Positions 46,984 through 57,280 of a stretch of DNA of 64,000 nucleotides are shown piece by piece (position 1 is the first letter of the stretch; every line of letters begins with the position of its first letter). A program made the position numbers and the translations under genes. Source of the DNA: an uncultured Acidobacteriota bacterium (GTDB lineage: Bacteria; Acidobacteriota; UBA6911; RPQK01; JAPXNP01); NCBI GenBank assembly GCA_963777605.1, contig CAVZRV010000007.1, forward strand, positions 96,001-160,000, given 5' to 3'. The notes beneath the pieces are model-generated. The model had not been told where the DNA came from. It was given only the letters and a program-made list of their open reading frames with translations, and did no database searches.

Positions 46984-49644
46984 ATGAAAATCAGGTGGGC
47001 AAACACACTATGGGCGGTATTTTGGCTGACGCTCGCACCCGCAGCCGCAGCCGAGACCCCTTACCAATGGCTGGATAACGCTCAGTACAACCCGGAGGTC
47101 CCCAGTCCGCAGTCATTCCTGGGATACGAGATTGGAACCTTCTTGACCGATCATCACCAGATGGAGGACTACATCCACCGTCTGGAAGCAACATCGAATC
47201 GCATTCGGGTCCTCCGTATCGGGGAATCGGTAGAACGGCGGAAGATGTACCTCCTCCTGATCTCCTCGCCGGAAAACCTGGCCAGAGTCGAAAGCATTCG
47301 GGAGTCCATGGAAAGGCTCGCCGATCCGCGGGCCACCTCTCCAGCGGAAGCCGAGACAATCATCAATAACGAGGTTCCTGTCGGATGGTTGAATTACGCC
47401 AACGATGGTGGAGAGACGGCAGCGTTCGAAACCGGGATTCTGATGGCGTATCAACTGGCGGCCGGCACCGATCCATTGACGATGAAGATCCTCAAGAACG
47501 TCGTAACGATCATCAACCCGGCCGCTAACCCCGACAGCCACCAAAGCTTCGTAGCCTGGATGAAAGCGGCGACAATCGGCACGGCCGGCACGGCCGACCC
47601 CAATGCTTCAGAGCATCACGTCCCCTGGTTCATCAGTTCGGATGGAAATCACTTCCTGATCGATTCAAACCGCGACGCATTTGCGTTGACCCAACCCGAA
47701 ACCCAGGCCGTCTCGGCAGCCCTTCAACATTGGCATCCCCAGCTTTGGATCGACAACCATGGAGAACCCAACGAGTATTTCTTCGCTCCTTTTACCCCCC
47801 CAATGAATCTGAACTTCCCACCCTCGCTCCGCAATTGGGCAACGGAAATCGGACGAAGCTGCGCCCGCTACTTTGATCGGCAGGGTTGGACCTATTCCAA
47901 GGACGAGACCTATGACTTGTACTATCCAGGCTATTGGGACTCCTACCCCGCACTTAACGGTGCTGTCTCTGCCACCTTTGAAACCAACGGCGGAGGCTGG
48001 AAGAACTTGTCATGGGTAAAGCCGGACGGGACGCTGTCAACACTCCGAGGAGGAATTCACGGTCACTTTCTGGCCGACCTGGCGTCGCTGGAAACCCTCG
48101 CCGACCACCGTGTGGACTTTCTGCGATATTTCTACGATTTTCGCCGAAGCGGAATGGCTGAAGTCGACGAGGAACCCTACCGGACCTATCTCTTTCCCCC
48201 GTCGGGAGACCTTGACCGGCGAGAACGGCTGGTGCGCCTGCTTCTTCGACACGGGATCGAAGCCTACCGGATTGGTGAGCCCCTCAAAGCGGTTTCGACA
48301 GAGACGTCCTTCGACCGCCAGCCCCGCGACCGGGATTTCCCCGCCGGAACCCTCGCGGTTCCTCTGCGCCAGCCGCAGAAGCGGCTCATCAAGACTCTTC
48401 TTGAACCGGACCCAAGACTCGAGCAGATCTTTCTGGACAGAGTTGACCACGCCTTGGCGATGAACCGCAAACTGGGAGAGGGCTCACCAAAGGAACCGGT
48501 TGGGTTTTACGACGTTACGGCCTGGTCGCTGCCTCTTTCATTCGGAGTCGAAACAGCATTTACAAGCCTCGAAATTGATCTTGCCCGGTCAAATCGCCTG
48601 AACTCGATCGAACCGGAGCTTGCGACCTCGGAACTGCCCCGGGCCGGATATGCCTATCTGTTCAACTGGGGCAGCGATGCCGGTGCCCGCCTCGCCGTTC
48701 GCCTCCTAAACGAGAATTTCCGTCTGGCACTGGCTACCCGTCCATTCGCAAACAGTGGCCGCAAGTACCCCTCCGGGACATTGATCGCCCGAGTGGAGAG
48801 GAATCCCGAGAACCTGCATGAACGCATTCAAACCCTGGCCCGGGAATGCGGGACCCAGCTCAGCACTACCGATACGGCCTGGAGCGATGAGGGAATCTCA
48901 CTCGGGTCACGCTTTGTCGTTGACCTCTCCAGGCCCAGAGTGATCGTCTTCTCTGACGAGCCAACCCGTGCCGTCACGTTTGGGAGCGTCTACTCTCTCC
49001 TTTCCCAGCGGTTTGACCAGCCGTTCACCGCGATCCGGGCCGATTACTTCGATGAGATCGACCTTTACCAGTACAGCGTCGTCATCCTGCCCGACGGCTC
49101 TCCCTCGGGCTATCGTCAGATGTTGGGAACGAGCGGGATTGAGCGGCTTCGAAGCTGGATCGAGAACGGGGGCACGCTCATCGGGCTCAAGGGCGGCGCT
49201 GAGTTCACGTGTCTGTCTGAGGTGGGGTTCAGCGATGTGACGGTCTCCCGACAACTCCCGAGTGAGACCGAGCCTGAGACTGAAGAGACGAAAAGCGAGC
49301 CCATCCCCTTTCACCCGGGGTCGATCTTCCGGGTTGATCTCAATCCCGACTATTACCTGGCATTGGGATACCCGGCTCAATCCGCGGTCCTGTTTCGGGG
49401 CGGCCAGGTATTCTCGGCCAGTTCACGTGGAACCAATGTCGGAGTGTTTCCAGCCAATTCCTGGCTCCAGGGTCACCATTGGCCCCAGACCGACAGGCTG
49501 CTGGAAGGACAGCTCTACCTGGCCGATCTCCCGATGGAGGAAGGTCATGTCATCCTGTTTGCCGATGACCCCACGTTCAGGGCCCAGTGGGTCGGTCTTG
49601 ACCGACTGGTGATGGCTGCAGTCCTCTTCTCGAATTCTTTCTAG
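46984..49644 (+). CDS. M14 family zinc carboxypeptidase-like protein with C-terminal GATase-like domain, secreted
   Basis: PSPQSFLGY, GESVERR, NPDS, NRD, YDLYYPGY, YDVTAWSLPL, FADDPTFRA. Confidence 0.88.
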   Translation: MKIRWANTLWAVFWLTLAPAAAAETPYQWLDNAQYNPEVPSPQSFLGYEIGTFLTDHHQMEDYIHRLEATSNRIRVLRIGESVERRKMYLLLISSPENLARVESIRESMERLADPRATSPAEAETIINNEVPVGWLNYANDGGETAAFETGILMAYQLAAGTDPLTMKILKNVVTIINPAANPDSHQSFVAWMKAATIGTAGTADPNASEHHVPWFISSDGNHFLIDSNRDAFALTQPETQAVSAALQHWHPQLWIDNHGEPNEYFFAPFTPPMNLNFPPSLRNWATEIGRSCARYFDRQGWTYSKDETYDLYYPGYWDSYPALNGAVSATFETNGGGWKNLSWVKPDGTLSTLRGGIHGHFLADLASLETLADHRVDFLRYFYDFRRSGMAEVDEEPYRTYLFPPSGDLDRRERLVRLLLRHGIEAYRIGEPLKAVSTETSFDRQPRDRDFPAGTLAVPLRQPQKRLIKTLLEPDPRLEQIFLDRVDHALAMNRKLGEGSPKEPVGFYDVTAWSLPLSFGVETAFTSLEIDLARSNRLNSIEPELATSELPRAGYAYLFNWGSDAGARLAVRLLNENFRLALATRPFANSGRKYPSGTLIARVERNPENLHERIQTLARECGTQLSTTDTAWSDEGISLGSRFVVDLSRPRVIVFSDEPTRAVTFGSVYSLLSQRFDQPFTAIRADYFDEIDLYQYSVVILPDGSPSGYRQMLGTSGIERLRSWIENGGTLIGLKGGAEFTCLSEVGFSDVTVSRQLPSETEPETEETKSEPIPFHPGSIFRVDLNPDYYLALGYPAQSAVLFRGGQVFSASSRGTNVGVFPANSWLQGHHWPQTDRLLEGQLYLADLPMEEGHVILFADDPTFRAQWVGLDRLVMAAVLFSNSF

Positions 49645-49764
49645 TGCCCTGTCACGCATCCTGTGGCACTTTCAGCAAGGCGAGAAGCGGCCAACTGCCA
49701 GGCGTGGTTATCCCGGGGTGATTCAAAATCCGGTCCGAATGTGGCAGAGTGGCTGAAGGGGGGA

Positions 49765-51750
49765 ATGATGAATCGAAGACTCTATTTGCTGTCCTTGTCT
49801 TTACTTGCTCTGGCCTGGATTTCCGCAGGCTGTTCGGGACCTGCCCAGATGACCATCAGCAGCCCCAACAAGCGGATCCAGGTCCGGTTCGTTCTTGACC
49901 ATGGAACACCCACGTACGCGGTGACCTTCGAGGACAAACCGGTCATTGAGCCATCCTCAATCGGGCTGACCCTGAAAGAGGGTTCGCTGGCGGGACCGTT
50001 CCAGGTCCTCGGGATCCAGACCTCGCAGGATTCTGGAAGTTGGACTCCGGTTTGGGGCACGGCTTCCGAAGTCAGCTTCGGCTATCAGGAACTGGAGGTC
50101 ACCCTGGAGGAGACCAATCCTCCAGGCCGGCGCATGGTCCTCGTTTTCCGCGCGTCTGACGATGGTGCCGCCTTCCGCTATGTCCTGCCCGAGCAACCGG
50201 GGATGCCCGAGTTCAACCTTACAGCCGAGAATACGCAGTTCACGCTGCCCGGAAATCAAAAGTGCTTTGCTTTGCAGCGGTCGTCGTTCGGAGACAGCTA
50301 CGAAGGAACCTACGATCCGGTTCAGGTTGACGCGATCCCCGGTGATGCGATTGTCGGCCTCCCACTGCTCGTGGAAGGCGACGGATTCTGGTTCGCCCTG
50401 ACGGAGGCTGCCCTGGTCAACCACGCCGGGCTTTCCGTGCAGCGGGACGGGTCGGTACCCAACCGGCTGGTCAGCCGGTTGTCTCCACTCCCAAACGAGC
50501 CGGACGTTGTGGTAAGAGCCAAGACTCCCCACGCCTCCCCCTGGCGCACGATCCTGATCGGCGAGCGGGCCGGTGACATGATCGAGTCCAATCTCATCCC
50601 GACTCTCAACGAGCCCAGCAAGATATCTGATACATCCTGGATTCGACCGGCTCTCGTGATGTGGCCGTGGTGGAACAACCGGGTTTCCAACGACCCCAAG
50701 ATCAAGGGCGGAGGCCCCTCGACCGCCGTACTCAACTACTACATCGACTTTGCGGCCGAGAACGGCATCAAGGACCTGGTGATCGACGCCGGCTGGTACT
50801 CTCTCGAAATGGACGCCTGGAACCAGCCGGAAAAGGAAGACGTTCTGACGATGGAGGAAACCCGGGCGGCCTTCTACAACGTCCGGGACGTGATTGACCA
50901 CGGCAAGGAAAAAGGCGTATCGGTCTACCTTTGGGTGCATTTGGCTTCCCTGCGGGGGCGCGTCGAGGAGGTGCTCAGTACCTATGCCGACTGGGGTGCC
51001 GCCGGAATCAAGCTCGATAACTTTGGAGGGGACAGCCAGTCGATGGTCAACGATCTTCACCATGTTATCGAAGTGGCCGCCCAACACGAGATGATCGTCG
51101 ACTACCATGGTGCCTATCGCCCGACCGGAGAGGGTCGAACCTGGCCCAACTTCATGAGCTGTGAAGCCGTTATGGGACTGGAGTACTCGAAGGGGAACCC
51201 TAAACCGACTCCCCAGCACAACGTCACACTCCCGTTCACTCGAATGCTTGCCGGCCCGATGGACTACACCCCGGGCGCTTTCGACCTGGACGGTGCCGAG
51301 GGCTACCAGAAGTACGTCCAGACCACCCGCGCCCAGCAGATTGCGATGTACGTCGTTTTCTTTTCGCCGCTCCAGATGCTAATTGACTACCCGGCGGCCT
51401 ACATTTCGGCTCCCGCCCAGTGGGAGTTTGTGAAGAAGATCCCGACTACCTGGGACCAGACTCTCTTCCTGGACGGCTACCCGGGCGACTTCGTTGCACT
51501 CGCCCGCCGTCAGGGGTCGTCGTGGTGGGCCGGCTTCATGACCGACGAGAATCCTCGGGATATCGAGGTAACACTTGATTTCCTGGCTGACGGCACCGAG
51601 TACACCGCACACATCGTCCGTGACGGTGACAATGCCGCCGAGGATCATCAGAGCACGGCAACCGAGACCCGGGCAGTCAAAAAAGGGGATCGTTGGGTTG
51701 CAAAACTGGCGGGATCGGGAGGCCAGGCGGTTCGCTTCGATCCCAACTAG
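49765..51750 (+). CDS. Glycoside hydrolase family 97 lipoprotein
   Basis: SPWR, NEPS, SWIRP, KLDNF, DYHG, LPFTRMLAGPMDYTPG, SPLQML. Confidence 0.93.
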   Translation: MMNRRLYLLSLSLLALAWISAGCSGPAQMTISSPNKRIQVRFVLDHGTPTYAVTFEDKPVIEPSSIGLTLKEGSLAGPFQVLGIQTSQDSGSWTPVWGTASEVSFGYQELEVTLEETNPPGRRMVLVFRASDDGAAFRYVLPEQPGMPEFNLTAENTQFTLPGNQKCFALQRSSFGDSYEGTYDPVQVDAIPGDAIVGLPLLVEGDGFWFALTEAALVNHAGLSVQRDGSVPNRLVSRLSPLPNEPDVVVRAKTPHASPWRTILIGERAGDMIESNLIPTLNEPSKISDTSWIRPALVMWPWWNNRVSNDPKIKGGGPSTAVLNYYIDFAAENGIKDLVIDAGWYSLEMDAWNQPEKEDVLTMEETRAAFYNVRDVIDHGKEKGVSVYLWVHLASLRGRVEEVLSTYADWGAAGIKLDNFGGDSQSMVNDLHHVIEVAAQHEMIVDYHGAYRPTGEGRTWPNFMSCEAVMGLEYSKGNPKPTPQHNVTLPFTRMLAGPMDYTPGAFDLDGAEGYQKYVQTTRAQQIAMYVVFFSPLQMLIDYPAAYISAPAQWEFVKKIPTTWDQTLFLDGYPGDFVALARRQGSSWWAGFMTDENPRDIEVTLDFLADGTEYTAHIVRDGDNAAEDHQSTATETRAVKKGDRWVAKLAGSGGQAVRFDPN

Positions 51751-51810
51751 GGCGAAGGGCCGTTTCCAGCCATCCGGTTCATCCAGGCTCGCCAATACAT
51801 CCTGATGAAA

Positions 51811-53411
51811 TTACCCGGATGCGAGCTTGCCCCGGGTCCACTCACCATTGACAAGACGCCAGATCCCCAAAGGATTCTCGTCCCTCAACTCGGGAGGCAG
51901 AATGGCGCGGGGTGCATCCTGGTAGCAGATCGGGCGAGCAAACCGCAGGATTGCCGCCGTTCCCACCGAGGTCGACTCTCGAATCGGTCGTCGCCGGGTA
52001 AGGCCCGCCGTGCTGCATCGAAGGACAGACCTCCACCCCGGTCGGGAATCCATTGAAAACCAATCGTCCCACTCGATCGGAAAGGATGCCGACCAGGTCG
52101 CCGGCCTCGGTCAATTCCTCATCCGTGCCGTGGATCGTCCCGGTGAGTTGGCCCGTGAGAGTCTCCGCCACCCTGGCCAACTCAGTCATATCCGCGCACT
52201 CGACAACCATAGTCACGGGGCCGAATACCTCATCCAACAAGGGCCTTTCGAGGAATTCCGTCGCGTTCACGATGAGGGCGGCGGGAGTTCCCTCGGTAGT
52301 GCCTGATTTGGCACTCACCCGGCTTTGAGAAAGGGCCCGGACACCTTCCGAGGACCGCAGGGTCTCCACTCCCTGTTCGTAGGCATCCCGAATCCCGCAG
52401 TGCAGCATCGTGCCAGGTTGCGACTCTTCGACGAGCCGCTCCAGCGTTCCCAGGAAAGCTTCCCAACCACTCCCGCGCACACCAATTACAATGCCAGGAT
52501 TGGTGCAAAACTGCCCGACTCCGAGGGTGAACGACTGCACCAACCCCTCCGCGATCGACTCCGCGCGCGACCGGATGGCCCCCGGGAGAAGAAGTACCGG
52601 ATTGACGCTTCCCATCTCGGCAAATACCGGAATCGGGTTGGGTCTGCCGGCCGGCAGCGTCGAAAAGAGCCCTCCCGCCTTTGAGCGACCCGGTAAATCC
52701 AACTGCCCGGACGGTGGGGTGAGATACCAGCGCCAGCCCAACCCGGTTCTCTTTTCCCTGAAGAAGAGAGAAGGTTCCTTCGGGAAACCCGGTCTGGAGA
52801 GCGGCATCCCTGATCGCGCAAGCCGCCAGTTCCGACGTTCCCGGATGGGCAGGATGTGCTTTGACGACAACCGGGTTTCCACCCGCCAGGGCGGAAGCGG
52901 TGTCACCACCGGCCACAGAAAATGCCAAAGGAAAGTTGCTCGCCCCGAAAACTGCGACAGGGCCAATGGGCACGAGCATCCGCCGCAGATCCGACTTGGG
53001 CAATGGCCGGCGATTCGCGTCCGCACAATCGATTCTGGCATCAACCCAGGAGCCCTCTTCCACAAGATTGGCGAACAGGCGCAACTGCCCAACGGTCCTG
53101 GCAAGTTCGCCCTGAAGCCGAGCCGGAGGCAGCCCGGTTTCGGCGCCGGCACGATCAATCAATGCTCCTCCCATTTCCTCCAAACCCCGTCCGATTCGAC
53201 GGAGTAAGTCCACCCGGGATCGTGAATCACGGAACATGGGGTTCGTGGCAGCCTCGGCGGCCAGTCCGAGCGCCCGTTCGACTTCCTCGGCGGTGGCCTC
53301 GACAAATTCGCCCGGCAGGATCTCCCCGTTGGCAGGGTTCACGACGTGGAAACGCTTCGCACCAATCGCCGTTCGTTCTTTACCGACAAAGTTCAAGCCA
53401 GTGATTTCCAT
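51811..53411 (-). CDS. NADP+-dependent aldehyde dehydrogenase (alpha-ketoglutaric semialdehyde dehydrogenase type), two frameshifts (~52645, ~51975)
   Basis: GPVAVFGASNFPLAFS, KAHPAHPGTS, GFTGS, AEMGSVNP, GQFCTNPG, EVFGP, GGPYPATT, RPICYQD. Confidence 0.9.
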
Positions 53412-53443
53412 AAGCCGCTGCATCCTCCGAAACTGGGCCCAGG

Positions 53444-54283
53444 TCAAACTCCCACGGAGTTGATCAGAGTACCGATCGGTTCGACCGTGATGCGCACTTC
53501 GTCTCCCGGCTGGAGGGTGAAATCGTCAGGCGGGATAATGCCCGTCCCGGTCATCAGCATGCATCCCCTTGGAAAAGAGAGTTCCCGGTAGAGGTAGTCC
53601 ACCAACTCCCGCGGGCTTCTCTTCATCTGGGACAAGCTGGTCGCGTCATGAAACGCGACGACACCGTTTCGTAAGACCAGCACCTCTATGCTGGTTTCCG
53701 GGGGGAGCCCCTGGTCGGTAAGGAGAATGCCTGGGCCGATTGCACAGCTCCCATCGTAGATTTTCGCCTGAGGCAGGTAGAGAGGGTTCTCCCCTTCGAT
53801 GTCCCGGGAACAGACATCGTTCCCAATGGTATAGCCGACGATTCGACCGCCGGAGGAAACGACCAGGGTCAGTTCCGGTTCCGGCACGCTCCAGCGCGCG
53901 TCGGAACGAATCCGGATCGGTTGACGGTGTCCACGAACTCGATAGGGCATGCACTTGAAGAAAAGCTCGGGCCGATCCGCCTCGTAAACCCGCTCGTAGA
54001 AGCTCCCGCCACCAGCAGACTCCGATTCCTCCTTGCGGGCTTCCCGGCTTCGCACGTAGGTAACCCCGGCAGCCCAGACTTCCTGGCCACTCAAAGGAGG
54101 CCTGATCTCGAGGCTCCCGGGAGTGGCCTCCACCAGCGGCTCAAGATCCTCGGGCCGCAGTCCTTTGAGGTGGAGAGGGAGGTTATCCCGACTGATCAAC
54201 GCATCCCAGTTCTCGTAAACCAGGAAAAGACCCCCGTCCCGTTCCATCACGGGGCCAGTGGTCGTCCGATAGAGCTTCAACAT
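53444..54283 (-). CDS. FAH-family protein (2-keto-3-deoxypentonate dehydratase XylX/KdaD-like)
   Basis: [53 protein letters not shown]. Confidence 0.88.
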   Translation of the reverse strand: MLKLYRTTTGPVMERDGGLFLVYENWDALISRDNLPLHLKGLRPEDLEPLVEATPGSLEIRPPLSGQEVWAAGVTYVRSREARKEESESAGGGSFYERVYEADRPELFFKCMPYRVRGHRQPIRIRSDARWSVPEPELTLVVSSGGRIVGYTIGNDVCSRDIEGENPLYLPQAKIYDGSCAIGPGILLTDQGLPPETSIEVLVLRNGVVAFHDATSLSQMKRSPRELVDYLYRELSFPRGCMLMTGTGIIPPDDFTLQPGDEVRITVEPIGTLINSVGV

Positions 54284-54603
54284 ATTCCTTCACCTTGCTA
54301 TCGCCACCGGAGCGTCCTGAACCGAGGATCACCCCGCCTGATTCGTCTCATCCTCAACCCATTCTTATAAATCAAACGCCCCTTTTGACACAAACGGCCC
54401 CACCCCCGCCCGAAGCGCCTCTCTCAACAGGGCCCCCAGATGGATCCGGACCTGCCTCCAAGCGCTGTTATGAAGAGCCCCCTCGCAGGGGCTCAGTCCT
54501 TGCCACGTGACGGCCAAATCGGGATAATCCATGTCGTTCTGCCGCTCCGGCACAGTGCAACTGCCGGACGGGTTGTCTTCCACCTGGAATTGAAGGAGAC
54601 GTC

Positions 54604-55365
54604 ATGACTGCTCAAAACCGAGCCCCCCGGGCCGTCCCCCGACTGGTGCCATTCCTCCCGTTAATGTTGTTGACGCTTTCGTCCTGTGGGACTCATGAGC
54701 CGTCGGCTCAGGAGATCCTCGCCAAGTACTTCAATGCCGTGGGAGGGAAAGAGGCGATCCAGGCGTTCAAAAGTCGCACCGAAAAGGGGGCATTCTCTTT
54801 GCCCGACATGGGATACTCGGGAGAGTTCGCATCCTATATTAAACCTCCCAACCTGGCCTTACAGCAGATCAGCCTGGGTGGTGCCGTCGTCGCCTCTTCC
54901 GGGAAAATCAACGACCTCGTCTGGCAGACGAACCCGATGACCGGCCCTAAAATCCTGAAGGGGGCTGAAGCCCGCAGCGCCATCAGGGCGGCTTCTCTGG
55001 ATCCGGTTTTGCCCTGGACCGTGGATCTCCAGTCGGCCACGGTACAGGATTGGTCGGCCGAGTCGCCGACGGTTGAGGTCTTACTCAGGGAGACGGACGG
55101 CGATCAGGCGATTTGCGAGTTCGATCAGAAGACGGGACTCTTGAACACGATCATTACCTTTGCCGGCGATCAGCGAACAATGACCTCCTACAGTGAATAT
55201 GAATCGGCGGACGGTGTCGCCGTCCCTCGCAGGATTCAAACGAATCCCGGAGGCCAAACCCTTGTGTTCGTCATCTCCGAGGTCGAGCACAACCAGGATC
55301 TTCCGGATTCCATGTTCGAACCGCCGGCCGATATCGTGGCGCTGATGAAGAATCCAGACGAGTAG
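54604..55365 (+). CDS. Hypothetical lipoprotein (LolA-like fold suspected)
   Basis: LSSC lipobox, EILAKYFNAVGG, FDQKTGLL, YSEY, DSMFEPP. Confidence 0.65.
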   Translation: MTAQNRAPRAVPRLVPFLPLMLLTLSSCGTHEPSAQEILAKYFNAVGGKEAIQAFKSRTEKGAFSLPDMGYSGEFASYIKPPNLALQQISLGGAVVASSGKINDLVWQTNPMTGPKILKGAEARSAIRAASLDPVLPWTVDLQSATVQDWSAESPTVEVLLRETDGDQAICEFDQKTGLLNTIITFAGDQRTMTSYSEYESADGVAVPRRIQTNPGGQTLVFVISEVEHNQDLPDSMFEPPADIVALMKNPDE

Positions 55366-55472
55366 TTGATTGGTGGAGAACCCACCTGGCTGCCGGGCTC
55401 GAGAGACTGCCCAACGAGGCTGCGCCCTTGACCTCGAGCACTTCCGGCAGGCCGGGACAGGAGCATTCGATC

Positions 55473-55899
55473 ATGGTACAAATCCGACACACGCTGGAAA
55501 TTCCGGATTCGGAATTTGAATTCACCTTTTCGCGCAGCGGCGGGCCGGGAGGCCAGCATGTCAACAAGGTGAGTTCCCGGGTGACCCTGTGGTTCGACCT
55601 CGAGAACACCAGTTATCTGTCGGAAACACAGAAGGCCAGGCTTCGGGATCGCTTGGGCGGGCGGATCAACCGCGACGGCAAGCTCCACGTCTCGTGCCAG
55701 GAATCACGCAGCCAGTCATCGAACCGGGAAGCGCGCCATTCGGCGCTTTGCACTGATCATTGGAGAAGCGTTGGAGGAATCTTCGCCAAGAAGACCCACC
55801 CGAATTCCACGCGGGTCGAGAGAACGAAGGCTGACTGAAAAGAAGCGCCGTAGTCGGATCAAGAAAGAGCGTGGGAGAGTCTCAACGGACGGCGAGTAG
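55473..55899 (+). CDS. arfB: Alternative ribosome-rescue peptidyl-tRNA hydrolase ArfB, frameshift at ~55740
   Basis: RSGGPGGQHVNKVSS, RSQSSNR; basic tail RRPTRIPRGSRERRLTEKKRRS in another frame ending at TAG 55899. Confidence 0.88.
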
Positions 55900-55921
55900 G
55901 CGGACCCGGAAATCCCATTCG

Positions 55922-57133
55922 TCAATCGGGAACAGTCGCCCGGAAGAGGGTCCCCGAACCCGATACTCGATACGAACCCGACGCGGCCGGCACCAGCACG
56001 GACTGTCCTTTGCCCACGATTCGAGAGGCTCCGTCCCCGCTCAACTCCGCGGAGAAATGGCCCCTGGTGCAAAGCAGAATCTCGACGCCGCTCCGGGTTG
56101 AGGCCATCCACTCTTCGCCTTCGCCGAGGGAGATCGTCGAAAGTCGAAATTCCCGAACCGGGGCTGTGTAGACCCGTTCGAAACGGTTCAAAGGCTCTCC
56201 GCGGGTCACCGCGGGTACTCCGTCTGAAAACGTCAGAACGTGCACCAGTTCATCGACGTCCACATGCTTGGTCGTCAGCCCACCCCTGAGGACATTGTCC
56301 GAGTTGGCCATCAGTTCAACCCCTACGCCCCCCAGGTACGCGTGCAACTCTCCGGCCTCGAGAAAAAGCGCTTCTCCCGGTTGCAACTGGACAAGATTGA
56401 GCAAAGCCGGACTCAGGACGCCGACATCGGAGGGATAGGACTGCTTCAACTGTAGCATCCACTCGACTTGGCGAACGGCTTCTTCCTGGCCGGCGAGCGA
56501 ATCGATGACCGCGCTGATCACCCGTGACCGAGGCTGAGCTTCGAGAGAAAGAAGCGCCCGAAAGACCCCCCCCAGCGCCTCTGGATCGTCCCCTTTCTCG
56601 AGCCGGGCGATGAGAGCCGGGTCACGAAGTTCCTCAACCGTCCCAATCAACTGAAGAATCTCTTCTCGGGGACGAAACCCCTTGAGGGCCCAGAAGGGGG
56701 AGAGTGCGCAGATTATCTCCGGCTTATGATTGTCATCGCGGTAGTTGCGTTCTGAAGCCTCGAGCGGTATTCCCAGGCGATTCTCCCTCTGAAAGCCTTC
56801 CTTCGCCTGGGCCAGATTCGGATGCGCCTGGATCGACAGCGGCTCGCGCGCTGCCAGAACCTTGAATAGGAAGGGAAGACTCCTGCCGAACCGGGCAGCC
56901 GCGGCATTCCCCAGAATCAGGTCGGGCTCCGCCTCAATCAACTGGTTCAGGGGCGTCCACTCGTCGTTCCACAGGACCAGTGAAGATGCTGAGGGGTGAG
57001 CCCCCATCCAGAGCTCCGCTTCAGGAAGTTCAGTAGGAAACTGCCTCCCCTCCAGGTCGGCAATCGCCTCGCGCGAACCCCAGGCGTAGTGCTGGATGCG
57101 ATTTTTCATCGGCAGAATATCGATCGTCGCCAT
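55922..57133 (-). CDS. manA: Mannose-6-phosphate isomerase class I
   Basis: YAWGS, AELWMGAH, LPFLFKVL, LSIQAHP, DDNHKPE, HAYL, MANSDNVLRGGLT. Confidence 0.95.
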   Translation of the reverse strand: MATIDILPMKNRIQHYAWGSREAIADLEGRQFPTELPEAELWMGAHPSASSLVLWNDEWTPLNQLIEAEPDLILGNAAAARFGRSLPFLFKVLAAREPLSIQAHPNLAQAKEGFQRENRLGIPLEASERNYRDDNHKPEIICALSPFWALKGFRPREEILQLIGTVEELRDPALIARLEKGDDPEALGGVFRALLSLEAQPRSRVISAVIDSLAGQEEAVRQVEWMLQLKQSYPSDVGVLSPALLNLVQLQPGEALFLEAGELHAYLGGVGVELMANSDNVLRGGLTTKHVDVDELVHVLTFSDGVPAVTRGEPLNRFERVYTAPVREFRLSTISLGEGEEWMASTRSGVEILLCTRGHFSAELSGDGASRIVGKGQSVLVPAASGSYRVSGSGTLFRATVPD

Positions 57134-57280
57134 GGCGGTCTTCCGAATCCGGATTATAGAGGGAAGTCGCCGTCAGTTTGAAGGAACTCGTTCCGGCACT
57201 TCTCTCAGACCGACTTGGGCGGAAGAAGAAGCAGGATAGCTTGATCGATGGAGGAGTGAACCACCACAATGGTGGCAGGC

